Source: Thermoplasmatota archaeon (GTDB lineage Archaea; Thermoplasmatota; Penumbrarchaeia; Penumbrarchaeales; Penumbrarchaeaceae). Taken from it: DNA of 64,000 nucleotides. Positions within the stretch are counted from its first letter, which is position 1; the number at the start of each line of letters is the position of its first letter. The position numbers and the translations under genes were made by a program. The stretch is from contig CBDDUX010000038.1 in the NCBI GenBank assembly GCA_965234725.1, positions 19,323-83,322 on the forward strand, read 5' to 3'. Positions 28,331 through 38,273 of this stretch are shown piece after piece. The notes beneath the pieces were generated by a model, which was given only the letters and a program-made list of their open reading frames with translations, made no database searches and was not told the origin of the DNA.

Positions 28331-30268
28331 TCAGACCCCACCTAATACATCTGTCCCATCATCATAGGTCCCAAGGACCCTGCTTGCAAGCTCATTCGGA
28401 TCAGCAACGATAACCCTTCCCTCACCTTCCTTTGCGATCCTCCTTGCAGCATTTACGAATGTCTCATCCTCAGGTTCCAATAGGAAGATATTGAATGTAA
28501 GGTCCCTATAGCGAAGTAGTCTGGAAGCCTGGATCAGGGCGAGTTCCATCGATCTTTCCAGATCTCCAGCAACAACCGTACCTTTTTCATCGGTATAAGC
28601 TTCTGGAAGGCCATCTGTTATCAGGAAGAGGAGGAGCCTATCTGCCCTGGTATTATCGAGAATGTTGGTGGCAAGTACAAGGGCTTCATGATGGTTCGTG
28701 AAGCCTCTTGGTTCCAGTACCATCACTTCTTTCAATGAGATAGGAATTGCCCGGGTGGACATTGATATCAGGTCCACACGGTTCCTTGGATTCTCCCTCT
28801 TGATGGCCTGGGTCAAGGCCAGGACTGACCTTTTGGCGGCTTCCAATCGGGAATTCTCCTCCATGGATCCAGATGTGTCAACAATTATTACACCATGGAC
28901 CTCTGTCGTTGTAACTTCCCTCAGGACCACCATATCATTCGAATCGATCACCTTGTCCCTTGGATGGTTCGTCCTTGCATTAACAATGGTCTGTAGAAGG
29001 TCCATCCTTGCCTCTTCCCCAAGCATCCTCAACTTTGCCTTCTCGTAGACACCGGCATCCGAGATGTGTGAACCCCTGCGGTCCCTTGCTCCTTGTCTTC
29101 CTTCCATTATCTCTGCATAGATCAATTCTGAGAATTTCTCCACCAGGGCTTCCGTTATCTCCCATTCCGACTCGATCCTGTCAAGGTTATCCTGGACTTC
29201 GGTCCTTGATAGATATCCCATACGGGATAATACTGACACCAGTTCTTCCTTGACCTCTTTTTTGGATAGTTCCATTATGGACCTTTCCCTATCCTTCATT
29301 TCAGATTCAAAGTTCCTTTCCATTTTCATGATCTTCTCTCTTATCATTCGTTCTTTGTCCTTGCTCTTCTTTCTTGTCTTGAGGTGTTCGGATCTCCTAT
29401 CATCCAGCTCATCTTTCTTCAAGCGTGCTGACCTCTCCACCTCCAACCTAAGGACCTTTCTGGCCTCTTCACTATACCATTTGGGATCGAAGGACCTTCT
29501 AAGCTGGATCTCGCCACTTGTATACCCATACTCATCCGACAACCTTTTATTGACCGCCCTTTGAAGATGTTCGTTTCCATCAAGATCCTTTTCCATCCTC
29601 CTCTCCCATTCATCCAGATCACGGGAAAGGGAAGGGAAAGGTAGTGATATGGCCCCCTTTGAATGTGTTTTCTTCCGCTCTTGCGATCCTTCCTTTCTTT
29701 CTCCCCTTCTGAACCATCTCCTTATCCATCCGAGAAAGGATAGGCATTTCGATGCGATCCAAATGAAGAATGTCCTTATCCGTCTCCATAATGACCTTAA
29801 GAATCCTTCCTTCTCTTGTCGATCAATGATCCTGACCCTTCCCTCAAGAGCACCTATCAATTCAGAAGCGAGTATTTCTCCTCTGATCTCCTCCGAGGAA
29901 TATCTTCTGAAGGCGGAATCATCCCTTAAAGATCCATCATTTGACTCCCGTAGTCCGATTCCCTCTGACTCTCTCAACCCTCTTACCTGATCATTTAGAG
30001 AGGTCCTTCTCAGGGCTTTTACACGTTCCAGTTCCTTCTCCATTCTTTTACGTAATTCATCCAATCGGTCATTTATCGTACCTTCGGTCCTTTTCTCTTC
30101 CAGAAAATCGTCGATCCCCCTCATTCCTTTCTCGGCCAATTTCTTGACGAGGTCCCTCTTCTCCCTTGAGGTCAGCCTGAAGGGGGTGTAAACACCCTTT
30201 GAACAATCCGGAATGACCACACCGGCCCCTTTTATATGGGGGTAAGATATGGTTCCTTTTTCAGGCAA
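28331..30268 (-). CDS. vWA-domain protein with coiled-coil N-terminus
   Basis: MIDAS motif DTSGSM, GFTNHHEAL and LITDGLP. Confidence 0.88.
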   Translation of the reverse strand: MPEKGTISYPHIKGAGVVIPDCSKGVYTPFRLTSREKRDLVKKLAEKGMRGIDDFLEEKRTEGTINDRLDELRKRMEKELERVKALRRTSLNDQVRGLRESEGIGLRESNDGSLRDDSAFRRYSSEEIRGEILASELIGALEGRVRIIDRQEKEGFLRSLWRRIRTFFIWIASKCLSFLGWIRRWFRRGERKEGSQERKKTHSKGAISLPFPSLSRDLDEWERRMEKDLDGNEHLQRAVNKRLSDEYGYTSGEIQLRRSFDPKWYSEEARKVLRLEVERSARLKKDELDDRRSEHLKTRKKSKDKERMIREKIMKMERNFESEMKDRERSIMELSKKEVKEELVSVLSRMGYLSRTEVQDNLDRIESEWEITEALVEKFSELIYAEIMEGRQGARDRRGSHISDAGVYEKAKLRMLGEEARMDLLQTIVNARTNHPRDKVIDSNDMVVLREVTTTEVHGVIIVDTSGSMEENSRLEAAKRSVLALTQAIKRENPRNRVDLISMSTRAIPISLKEVMVLEPRGFTNHHEALVLATNILDNTRADRLLLFLITDGLPEAYTDEKGTVVAGDLERSMELALIQASRLLRYRDLTFNIFLLEPEDETFVNAARRIAKEGEGRVIVADPNELASRVLGTYDDGTDVLGGV

Positions 30269-30284
30269 ATCCGATCACCCTGGA

Positions 30285-31733
30285 TCACTGACCCTTACAG
30301 CCAAAATCGTCCATTGAGTTCAATATCTGCACGATATGGGATATGAGCTCTCCGGTTTCAATATCCGCTTTGTTCCGTTCGCTCTTAAAAATAAAACTCC
30401 TCAATAGGTCCCCATCTCCACCAGAGGGAATTGAACCAGAACCCAGGGCCTTGGCCAATTTCTCCGCTCTAGCCAGGGAAGAGGATAGTTCCCGTTGGAA
30501 GAATGTGCACCAGTATACCCTGAAAGCTCTCTCCAGTGCTAGGGGCATATTACCTTCGAGGAACTCCTTCAGCACCTCTTCGTTCCGCAGGAATGAATCA
30601 CCACCCCTGGCCCTAATCCTTCCGAAAAGTGCATCCCTCACTCCCTTTTCGAAACTCTCCCTTGAAACATATGATTCTTCATTAAGGTCCGAAAAGGCAA
30701 CCGATCTCGTTACAGTATCCAAAATGGTCCTATTTGATCCGACCTCTGATAGCTCCGGGATATCCACTGATAGGTCTCTCCATGCTTCCACAACGAAGAC
30801 TGCACTGTGGAGATATATCTCGGGGAAGAACTTCTTTACTGGAACCCCTCCCCTTGCTACATCGATCATGGTCCTGTTCTTGAGGTGGTCCCGAATATAA
30901 TCCACATATATGTTGGACAATCTATCGTTCAATGGTTCATTGATCGCATCAAGGTCCCTCAAATTGGATGTGCTAACGGCAACAAAGGAGGCGGGAAATG
31001 TCTCTCTGGATTTTGCCGGTGTAACAATTCCTTCCTGCAATGCTTGAAGAAGGACGTTCTGTGTCCCGAGTGGAAGTTTGCCTACTTCATCTACCATCAA
31101 CAGTCCTCTGTTGGCCTGAAGGAGCTTCCCAGGCTCGAGCACAAGAGGACTTGTGGGATCACCGATCTCCTCAAGTTTATGGAGATTGAACACTCCGGTT
31201 AGATTATCAGGAAAGACCTCCGATGATCCCTGGACCCTTGCCAGGCCATATCCCTCTTTGAGGTGCATGACCTTGACCGGGACATTTGAGGGTTCTACTT
31301 GCTCTGGATGGAAATCTTCACCATCCATGCCGAACCTGGATTGACAAGATGGACAGCATCTGACCTTGGCAAAATATGCAGGGTCGATCACTGACATGGG
31401 ATCATCCTGCACCGGACAGCCATCCACTGCATAGACCTCTTTTGGAAAAAGGTTCCATATCTCCTTTGCGAGACTTGTCTTCCCGGTTCCGGAAGGGCCG
31501 AAAAGGAGAATATGCGATCCACCCATTAATGCGGCAATGAGGCTCTCGAGTACATTATTGTCCATTACTGTGCCCGGGAAAAGCAGGGCCATTGCCTCAT
31601 CTCTGGAATAACCTTTCCCTCTATACTCCTTCAACCTCCTCCCGATCTCAGTAGCCAGAGACTTCTGCGCTGTAAGGGGGACGTATCCGGAACTTTTTAG
31701 TTCAAATGCGTTCGGATATGGTGTTAGGGCCAT
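30285..31733 (-). CDS. ChlI/MoxR-like AAA+ ATPase
   Basis: Walker A GPSGTGKT, PGKLLQANRGLLMVDE (Walker B), QNVLLQALQEG, L.DRL; Cys cluster GCPVQDDP...CCPSC. Confidence 0.88.
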   Translation of the reverse strand: MALTPYPNAFELKSSGYVPLTAQKSLATEIGRRLKEYRGKGYSRDEAMALLFPGTVMDNNVLESLIAALMGGSHILLFGPSGTGKTSLAKEIWNLFPKEVYAVDGCPVQDDPMSVIDPAYFAKVRCCPSCQSRFGMDGEDFHPEQVEPSNVPVKVMHLKEGYGLARVQGSSEVFPDNLTGVFNLHKLEEIGDPTSPLVLEPGKLLQANRGLLMVDEVGKLPLGTQNVLLQALQEGIVTPAKSRETFPASFVAVSTSNLRDLDAINEPLNDRLSNIYVDYIRDHLKNRTMIDVARGGVPVKKFFPEIYLHSAVFVVEAWRDLSVDIPELSEVGSNRTILDTVTRSVAFSDLNEESYVSRESFEKGVRDALFGRIRARGGDSFLRNEEVLKEFLEGNMPLALERAFRVYWCTFFQRELSSSLARAEKLAKALGSGSIPSGGDGDLLRSFIFKSERNKADIETGELISHIVQILNSMDDFGCKGQ

Positions 31734-31881
31734 CGTTGCTCCTCCATTGACCGATCAGTTCTTCCTCGGGTCGGGACCTCCCGAACGCAGTATGGTGTAT
31801 AATTATCCTACTTCCAATAGGATCAACTGGGGATGGGTTTAACTAATACCACACTTTTTGGTTCAACAAGGATGGCTGGAA

Positions 31882-32868
31882 ATGAACCGAATGAAAGACC
31901 TCCCCGAGGTCCTGGTAACCAGAAAGCTCCCAGAAGTGGCCATTCGGACCCTGGAAGGAAAGGTCTCCCTTGAACTCTGGGAGGATGAAGGACCGATGCC
32001 TCGAGATCAACTTCTTGAGGGACTGCAAGGGAAAGATGGTGTGATATGTCTTCTGAGCGATAAGATGGACCGGGAAGCGATAGATTCTGGCAGGGACCTG
32101 AGGGTTATTGCCAACTATGCCGTAGGGTATGACAATATCGATCATAATTATGCCACCACCAAGAATATAGCTGTCCTGAACACCCCTGGTGTCCTCACGG
32201 ATGCAACAGCAGACCTTGCCTTCTCACTTCTCCTTGCATCAGGGCGGAGGATCGGAGAGAGTGATAGATATGTCAGGAAAGGAAATTTCAAATCCTGGGG
32301 TCCAAAATTGATGCTTGGAAAGGATGTCTGGAAAGCCACATTGGGAGTTGTGGGGGCCGGAAAGATAGGAGAAGCGGTCCTTAAAAGAGGAAAAGGATTC
32401 GAGATGGAACTATTGTACCATTCCAGAACCCCGAAACCAAAGATCGAGAAGGAACTCGGAGCAACATATCTTCCTTTGGAAGACCTCCTGAAGAGGTCAG
32501 ATTTCATATCTCTAAATTGTCCCCTGACACCCGAAACGAGGCATATGATAGGGAATAAGGAATTTCGGTCAATGAAAGAAGATGCCATCCTTATCAATAC
32601 CTCAAGAGGTCCTGTTGTGGATGAAGAAGCTCTAGTGGAAGCATTGAGCAACGGATGGATCGGAGGTGCGGGTCTGGATGTATATGAAAGGGAACCCAAG
32701 GTCCATCCTGACCTCCTTGAGATGGAGAATGTTGTCCTGGTACCACATATAGGGTCTGCAACCCATACTACAAGGAACAAGATGGCTTTGATGGTGTCCG
32801 AAGGGACCCTCAAGGTCCTTTCCGGTGGCAGACCGGAGAATATCGTGAACCCTGAGGTCCTGGAGTAG
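31882..32868 (+). CDS. gyaR: Glyoxylate reductase / D-2-hydroxyacid dehydrogenase
   Basis: NYAVGYDNID, NTPGVLTDATAD, GAGKIG, INTSRG, LDVYE.EP, PHIGSAT. Confidence 0.88.
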   Translation: MNRMKDLPEVLVTRKLPEVAIRTLEGKVSLELWEDEGPMPRDQLLEGLQGKDGVICLLSDKMDREAIDSGRDLRVIANYAVGYDNIDHNYATTKNIAVLNTPGVLTDATADLAFSLLLASGRRIGESDRYVRKGNFKSWGPKLMLGKDVWKATLGVVGAGKIGEAVLKRGKGFEMELLYHSRTPKPKIEKELGATYLPLEDLLKRSDFISLNCPLTPETRHMIGNKEFRSMKEDAILINTSRGPVVDEEALVEALSNGWIGGAGLDVYEREPKVHPDLLEMENVVLVPHIGSATHTTRNKMALMVSEGTLKVLSGGRPENIVNPEVLE

Positions 32869-32875
32869 GAGAAAG

Positions 32876-34924
32876 ATGGCAGAAGAAAAGGACCTCAGAT
32901 CGACCTTCGAGATCGAACAATGCGACCTTATGGGCAGAAGGGGATCATTCAAGGTCAATGGTAGAAAGGTACGGACACCTGAACTGATGCCGGTAGTAAA
33001 TCCGAACAAGATCGATATCCCTGGAGCGGTCACACCCCGGGAATTGAAGGAACGGTTCAGGTTCAATATGATCATTACAAATTCATACATCATCAACAGA
33101 GGAGAGGATCTGAAGAAAAGGGCCATTGAAGAAGGACTCCACAGGATGCTTTCCTTCGATGGGGTTATCATGACAGATTCAGGGACATTTCAGAGTTATA
33201 TGTATGGTGGAGGAAAGAAAGAGGTAAATGTGGATCCACTGGAGATCGTCAGATTCCAGATAGAGATGGGAGCAGATGTGGGCACGATTCTAGACAGGTT
33301 CACTGTTCCAGGATCATCATGGGAGGAGGCCAGGTCTGACCTTGATGTAACTCTTGAACGAGCAAAGGCGTCTCTCTCTCTCCAGGGAAATATGGAAGTT
33401 GCCGTTCCCATTCAGGGTGGAAGACATACCGATCTCAGGATGGAATCTGGGAAGGAAGTGGCAGACATGGGAGCGCGGTACGCTCCGATCGGAGGTGTCG
33501 TTCCTATTATGGAATCTTATGATTACCCTCTCTTGGTGGATGTAATTGCCAATTCAAAGGAAGGGCTCGGACCTTCGATACCTGTGCACCTTTTCGGAGC
33601 AGGTCATCCCATGTTATTACCACTTGCAACAGCTCTGGGATGTGATCTGTTCGATTCCGCATCCTACATCAAGTTCGCTCAGGATAACCGATATATGACA
33701 AGGGACAGGACCTATCACCTGGGCGAAATGGAGGTATTTCCATGCTCCTGTCCGGTTTGCTCAACAAAGGATCCGTCGGACATGATGTCGATGCCACCGC
33801 AGGACAGGACCCACATGATCGCAAGGCATAACCTCTGGGTGCTAAGGACTGTTCTGGATGATGTTCGATCATCAATAGAAGAGGGGACCCTGTGGGAGCT
33901 TGTGGAAAGGTCCGCGATGTCAAATCCGAGCCTGTTCGCTGCTGTTAAGAGGGTCGGAAAATATCGTGACCTGCTTGAGGAAAACTCACCAAGGTCGACC
34001 AGACGGTTCTTGTGCTGTAGCGGTCTTTCCCTGGCAAGACCTGAATTTACCAGATTTCAAAGGCAAATGGAAGATATGGAGAGCGAACATAGGACCAAGA
34101 CCCTGCTGCTCAAGGATTGGACCAAATCCCATAACAGGAATGTAACGGAATATATGTGCAGGAGACCTTCCGGGTGGTCGATGATGATAGATACACCCCT
34201 GGGTCCTGTGCCCTATGAGATACTCGATATGTACCCTATAGGCCAGTCGATCTTCCCACCACCAGGTGGACTAGACATGGACCTTTCTGACCACATGGAC
34301 CGGAAGAGGGATCTTGTTGATCTTGGAGAGGTATGTGAATGGGATGGTTCCGGGAAACCTGATATTCAGGAAGAAAGGATTACCATGGAGGCTTCGGATA
34401 TAGGCAAGGTCCTTCATCTTATCAGGTTCCAATTCGGATCCAAAGATGGGATCGATCCTGCAAAGATATTATTCGGAGATTTCAATTCTGAAATAGAACT
34501 TCTTGGCAGATTGATCCTGACAAAATCGAGGAACACTGGACGGATAAGGAACATATCAATTCAGGATGGTAACACCAGAAAGCATCTTCTATCCATCAGG
34601 GCGGAGGATGGGATGTTGACAATAAAGATCGAAGGGGCCAAGAAACTGCAGGAAGGAACCAGACCTCCCTGGAGAAGGGTAATGGTCGACAAGGAGACCG
34701 GTGAGTTCAACTCAAAGGGTCTAAATGCATTTTGCAAGTTTGTCAAGGATGCTGATCCGAACATAAGGGCAGGAGACGATGTCATGGTCGTTGATGAGGA
34801 TGATCACCTCCTTGCCGTAGGTAGGAGCCAGGCATCCAGGCGACATCTGATCACGTCTAGATCAGGTATCGCTGTAAAAGTTCGTGTTGGGGTACTTTCA
34901 AAAAAGGACAAGGATAATAATTAA
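32876..34924 (+). CDS. tgtA: Archaeosine tRNA-guanine(15) transglycosylase with PUA domain
   Basis: TPELMPVVNP, ITNSYI, MTDSGTFQ, HLFGAGHP, GCDLFDSASY, CSCPVC and a C-terminal PUA domain. Confidence 0.95.
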   Translation: MAEEKDLRSTFEIEQCDLMGRRGSFKVNGRKVRTPELMPVVNPNKIDIPGAVTPRELKERFRFNMIITNSYIINRGEDLKKRAIEEGLHRMLSFDGVIMTDSGTFQSYMYGGGKKEVNVDPLEIVRFQIEMGADVGTILDRFTVPGSSWEEARSDLDVTLERAKASLSLQGNMEVAVPIQGGRHTDLRMESGKEVADMGARYAPIGGVVPIMESYDYPLLVDVIANSKEGLGPSIPVHLFGAGHPMLLPLATALGCDLFDSASYIKFAQDNRYMTRDRTYHLGEMEVFPCSCPVCSTKDPSDMMSMPPQDRTHMIARHNLWVLRTVLDDVRSSIEEGTLWELVERSAMSNPSLFAAVKRVGKYRDLLEENSPRSTRRFLCCSGLSLARPEFTRFQRQMEDMESEHRTKTLLLKDWTKSHNRNVTEYMCRRPSGWSMMIDTPLGPVPYEILDMYPIGQSIFPPPGGLDMDLSDHMDRKRDLVDLGEVCEWDGSGKPDIQEERITMEASDIGKVLHLIRFQFGSKDGIDPAKILFGDFNSEIELLGRLILTKSRNTGRIRNISIQDGNTRKHLLSIRAEDGMLTIKIEGAKKLQEGTRPPWRRVMVDKETGEFNSKGLNAFCKFVKDADPNIRAGDDVMVVDEDDHLLAVGRSQASRRHLITSRSGIAVKVRVGVLSKKDKDNN

Positions 34925-34966
34925 CAATAGATCATGATTATGAGGTAATGTCGGGAGTGTGATCCC

Positions 34967-35653
34967 ATGACGGATGAAAAAGACCAGATGGATTCAGGGG
35001 CAAGACAGGAATTCGGAATAAGGAAGATGGAACTTGTCAGGATAATCGAAGGCAAGGAGGGAGGTCAGGGAAAGGGGACTTCATCTGTTACCCTTGTTAA
35101 GACTCCGACATCAACAGTTGTGGTTGACTCTGGGGCAAGGCATGTCAGAGAGAGACTTGTTAGCTTCATGAGGGAGAACGAAGCAAAGGTGGAAAAGGTC
35201 AACGTACTGCTAACAACATCCGTTGACGATCTACATGCCGGCAATGATGACCTTTTCGTTCATTGCCTTCAACATATCCTTGATTCGGATTGGGGGAAAA
35301 CACCGGTCAAATCCCAGAGGAAGGTCGCAATAACCACTCCTGTGCATTGGATCGATAAATATCTGAAGATCGTCAAACTGCCCTTCCCAGGGGATGGGTC
35401 CCTGGCCCTTCTTGCACATTTTCCAGATAGGGAGGAACTTCTGGAGCCGTCCACAATACCTTTCAAAGGCCAAGTGGTGGGGATAATGGGGGCCTCTGTC
35501 CCATCCATGGATCACCCTGAGGTTAGGACCGCATTGAAGAAGGCATTGAAAACGGAAAAAAGGACCGGAAGTATCGATACATTGGAGGACCTTATAGGTT
35601 ATTGTGACCATATCATCCCATCCTATGGAGCTATGTTCAAGGTCAGGGGATGA
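34967..35653 (+). CDS. Metallo-beta-lactamase-fold protein with degenerate metal site
   Basis: SSVTLV...VVVDSG is present; TSVDDLHAGN replaces THxHxDHxGN and HIIPSYG replaces IIPGHG. Confidence 0.65.
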   Translation: MTDEKDQMDSGARQEFGIRKMELVRIIEGKEGGQGKGTSSVTLVKTPTSTVVVDSGARHVRERLVSFMRENEAKVEKVNVLLTTSVDDLHAGNDDLFVHCLQHILDSDWGKTPVKSQRKVAITTPVHWIDKYLKIVKLPFPGDGSLALLAHFPDREELLEPSTIPFKGQVVGIMGASVPSMDHPEVRTALKKALKTEKRTGSIDTLEDLIGYCDHIIPSYGAMFKVRG

Positions 35654-36636
35654 AAATCTTGAATGAAGAGGCTTGGAAGAGACTTGCGGAAACCACCGAT
35701 GGCATCAGGGACATGTCCATCAGAGGAGCCGGAAAAATTGCTCGAGCCGCATCTGCTGCATTATCCGATCTAGCCTCATCTTGGGAGGGGGCTTCAAGGG
35801 AAGAGCTACTTGGAGACCTGAAAAGAGCGGCTAATGAACTAATTTCCACCAGACCATCCGCAGTTTCCCTGAGGAACGGTATCCTTCTTACACTCACAGA
35901 TGTAGACAAGGAGAAGGACCTCAGATCAATGAAGGATCTGGTGATCTCCAGGTCCTCTCAATTCGTAAGCTCCTCCCACATGGCCATGGATAGGATCGCC
36001 GAGATAGGAAAGAAGAGGGTCCCTTCGGGTTCGACCGTAATGACACATTGTAATTCAAGCGCGGCACTGGGAGTGATATACTCAGCATTCAAGGATGGCA
36101 GGGTCAAAGAGGTGTTCTCAACAGAATCCAGACCATGGAGGCAGGGGCATCTAACGGTCAAATGGCTTGCAGAGAGAAAAGTGCCTGTAACGATGATAGT
36201 TGATTCGGCTGTAAGATATTTCATGAACGAGATCGATATCGTATGTGTGGGTGCGGATACCGTAACTGCAAATGGAGCTGTGATCAATAAAATAGGCACC
36301 TCACAGATCGCACTTGCAGCACACGAGGCAAGGACCCCGTTCATGGTATGTGCGGAAACATATAAGTTCTCGGGAGAGACGCTGATGGGTTCCCTGGTGG
36401 AAATAGAGGACAGAGGTCCTGATGAAGTGGCAGACCCACTTCGACCAGAGGACCTGCCTGGAGTGAAGTTCAGGAATCCAGTGTTCGATGCCACCCCTCC
36501 TGAATACATTGACTCAATAGCGACAGAGATCGGTATCATTTCCCCTTACATGGCCACCGAGGTCATCAGGGAAATGTTCAAGTCATCAGGACCGATCTCC
36601 TCTGATAGGTCCCGATCGGAATTCAATTGGTTTTAG
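35650..36636 (+). CDS. Ribose-1,5-bisphosphate isomerase
   Basis: IRGA, TRPSAVSLRN, MTHCNS, ESRP, GADTV, NKIGT and NPVFDATP; adjacent to AMP phosphorylase. Confidence 0.93.
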   Translation: MKILNEEAWKRLAETTDGIRDMSIRGAGKIARAASAALSDLASSWEGASREELLGDLKRAANELISTRPSAVSLRNGILLTLTDVDKEKDLRSMKDLVISRSSQFVSSSHMAMDRIAEIGKKRVPSGSTVMTHCNSSAALGVIYSAFKDGRVKEVFSTESRPWRQGHLTVKWLAERKVPVTMIVDSAVRYFMNEIDIVCVGADTVTANGAVINKIGTSQIALAAHEARTPFMVCAETYKFSGETLMGSLVEIEDRGPDEVADPLRPEDLPGVKFRNPVFDATPPEYIDSIATEIGIISPYMATEVIREMFKSSGPISSDRSRSEFNWF

Positions 36637-38220
36637 ATGGTGATCGATATGAACGAGAGTTTGAATGGAGAGGAGATGACCGGCGTTCCCACCACATTCG
36701 AGATCATTGCAATTGACCTGGAAACTGGTGAGTATACAGCCATTCTGAACAGAAAGGATGCGGACATCCTAGGATTGAGATCACTCGATAGGGTCAAGGT
36801 CTCAAACGATAAGGAAAACATGACGGCAATAGTGGAACTCACAGATTCTGTGGTTCAACCCGGGCAGGTGGGATTACTTAAAAAGGGTCGGAAGAGATTG
36901 AAAGCAGAGCACGGCGACCATGTAAGGGTCGTCCCTGTGTCAAGACCAAGATCAATCGAGCTGATCAAGAAAAGACTCAATAACAGGGAATTGACCACAG
37001 ATGAGATCAATACATTAACAGAGGAGATCACGAACCACCGACTTTCCGATGTTGAACTTTCCGCCTTCGTCTGCTCCACATATATGAACCCTCTTAACAA
37101 CAGAGAGATTACGGATCTGACCCTTGCAATGGTGAACACGGGTGAACTGATTGAGATGGATATTGGACCTATCTTCGATTTCCATTCGATAGGAGGGGTC
37201 CCTGGAAACAAAGTGACACTTATTGTCGTCCCGATCGTGGCTGCGGCAGGTCTAAGCATTCCAAAGACATGCTCAAGGGCAATATCATCTGCTGGTGGAA
37301 CTGCCGATATCCTGGAGACCATAGCTAACGTGACACTTCCGGGATGGAAGATCAAGGAGATAACAGAGAAGGTGGGGGGTACTATCGCATGGGGAGGTGG
37401 TGTCAATATCGCCCCGGCAGATGACATCATTATTAGGGTAGAGTATCCCCTCTCCATCGATCCATACTCACAGGTGATCGCATCCGTTCTTGCCAAGAAG
37501 AAAGCCGTTGGGGCAGACCATCTCCTGATGGACATTCCCGTGGGCCCGCATACCAAGGTAGAGCCCATGGAACTTGCCAGAAGATATGCAAGGGACTTTA
37601 TGGATATTGGCCAGAAGATCGGAATTAACGTACAGTGTGCAATTACTTACGGAGGACAACCTGTTGGAAGGAGCATTGGACCAGCTTTGGAGGTAAAGGA
37701 GGCATTGATGGTACTGGAGAACGATCCGCCCTCCTCCTCAACGGTTGAGAAGGCCACATCCTTGGCTGGGATCATCCTGGAGATGGGGGGGTTTTCCGGG
37801 AATGGAAAGGTCGAAGCCATGAGGATACTAAAGTCAGGTGAAGCGCTTAACAAGTTCCGGGAGATAATTCGGGCACAGGGGACGGATAATCCTGAAATAG
37901 GATCACAGGAGGTCCCAATGGGTGAGTTTACAGCGTCGGTACTCTCACCAGGTGATGGGTATGTATCATCCATCAACAACAAGGACATTGTAAGAATTGC
38001 AAGGGCCGCAGGATGCCCTCACGACAAATTCGGTGGGATCGCCCTGAAAAAGAAGATCGGACATCAAGTGGAAAAGGGTGAGGTGCTCTTCGAGATATAT
38101 TCCTCCAACGACCAGAGGCTGAAAGTAGCAATACAGACGGCCAAGAAGATGATGCCCTTCCTGATCGAGGGAATGGTCCTTGAAAGGGTTCCGGGCGAGA
38201 GGATCATCCATTCCATCTGA
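36637..38220 (+). CDS. deoA: AMP phosphorylase
   Basis: Archaeal N-terminal domain, HSIGGVPGNK, PKTCSRAISSAGGTAD, APADD, IARAAGCP.DK. Confidence 0.93.
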   Translation: MVIDMNESLNGEEMTGVPTTFEIIAIDLETGEYTAILNRKDADILGLRSLDRVKVSNDKENMTAIVELTDSVVQPGQVGLLKKGRKRLKAEHGDHVRVVPVSRPRSIELIKKRLNNRELTTDEINTLTEEITNHRLSDVELSAFVCSTYMNPLNNREITDLTLAMVNTGELIEMDIGPIFDFHSIGGVPGNKVTLIVVPIVAAAGLSIPKTCSRAISSAGGTADILETIANVTLPGWKIKEITEKVGGTIAWGGGVNIAPADDIIIRVEYPLSIDPYSQVIASVLAKKKAVGADHLLMDIPVGPHTKVEPMELARRYARDFMDIGQKIGINVQCAITYGGQPVGRSIGPALEVKEALMVLENDPPSSSTVEKATSLAGIILEMGGFSGNGKVEAMRILKSGEALNKFREIIRAQGTDNPEIGSQEVPMGEFTASVLSPGDGYVSSINNKDIVRIARAAGCPHDKFGGIALKKKIGHQVEKGEVLFEIYSSNDQRLKVAIQTAKKMMPFLIEGMVLERVPGERIIHSI

Positions 38221-38273
38221 AGATGATCTAATTACTTTCGGTCCGGGAACCGAAATGGATTTATGACCATCCT

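Noticed and set aside
31768-31785. GGTCGGGACC resembling the tRNA-derived repeat
   Set aside because: Short partial match with no associated module; likely chance.
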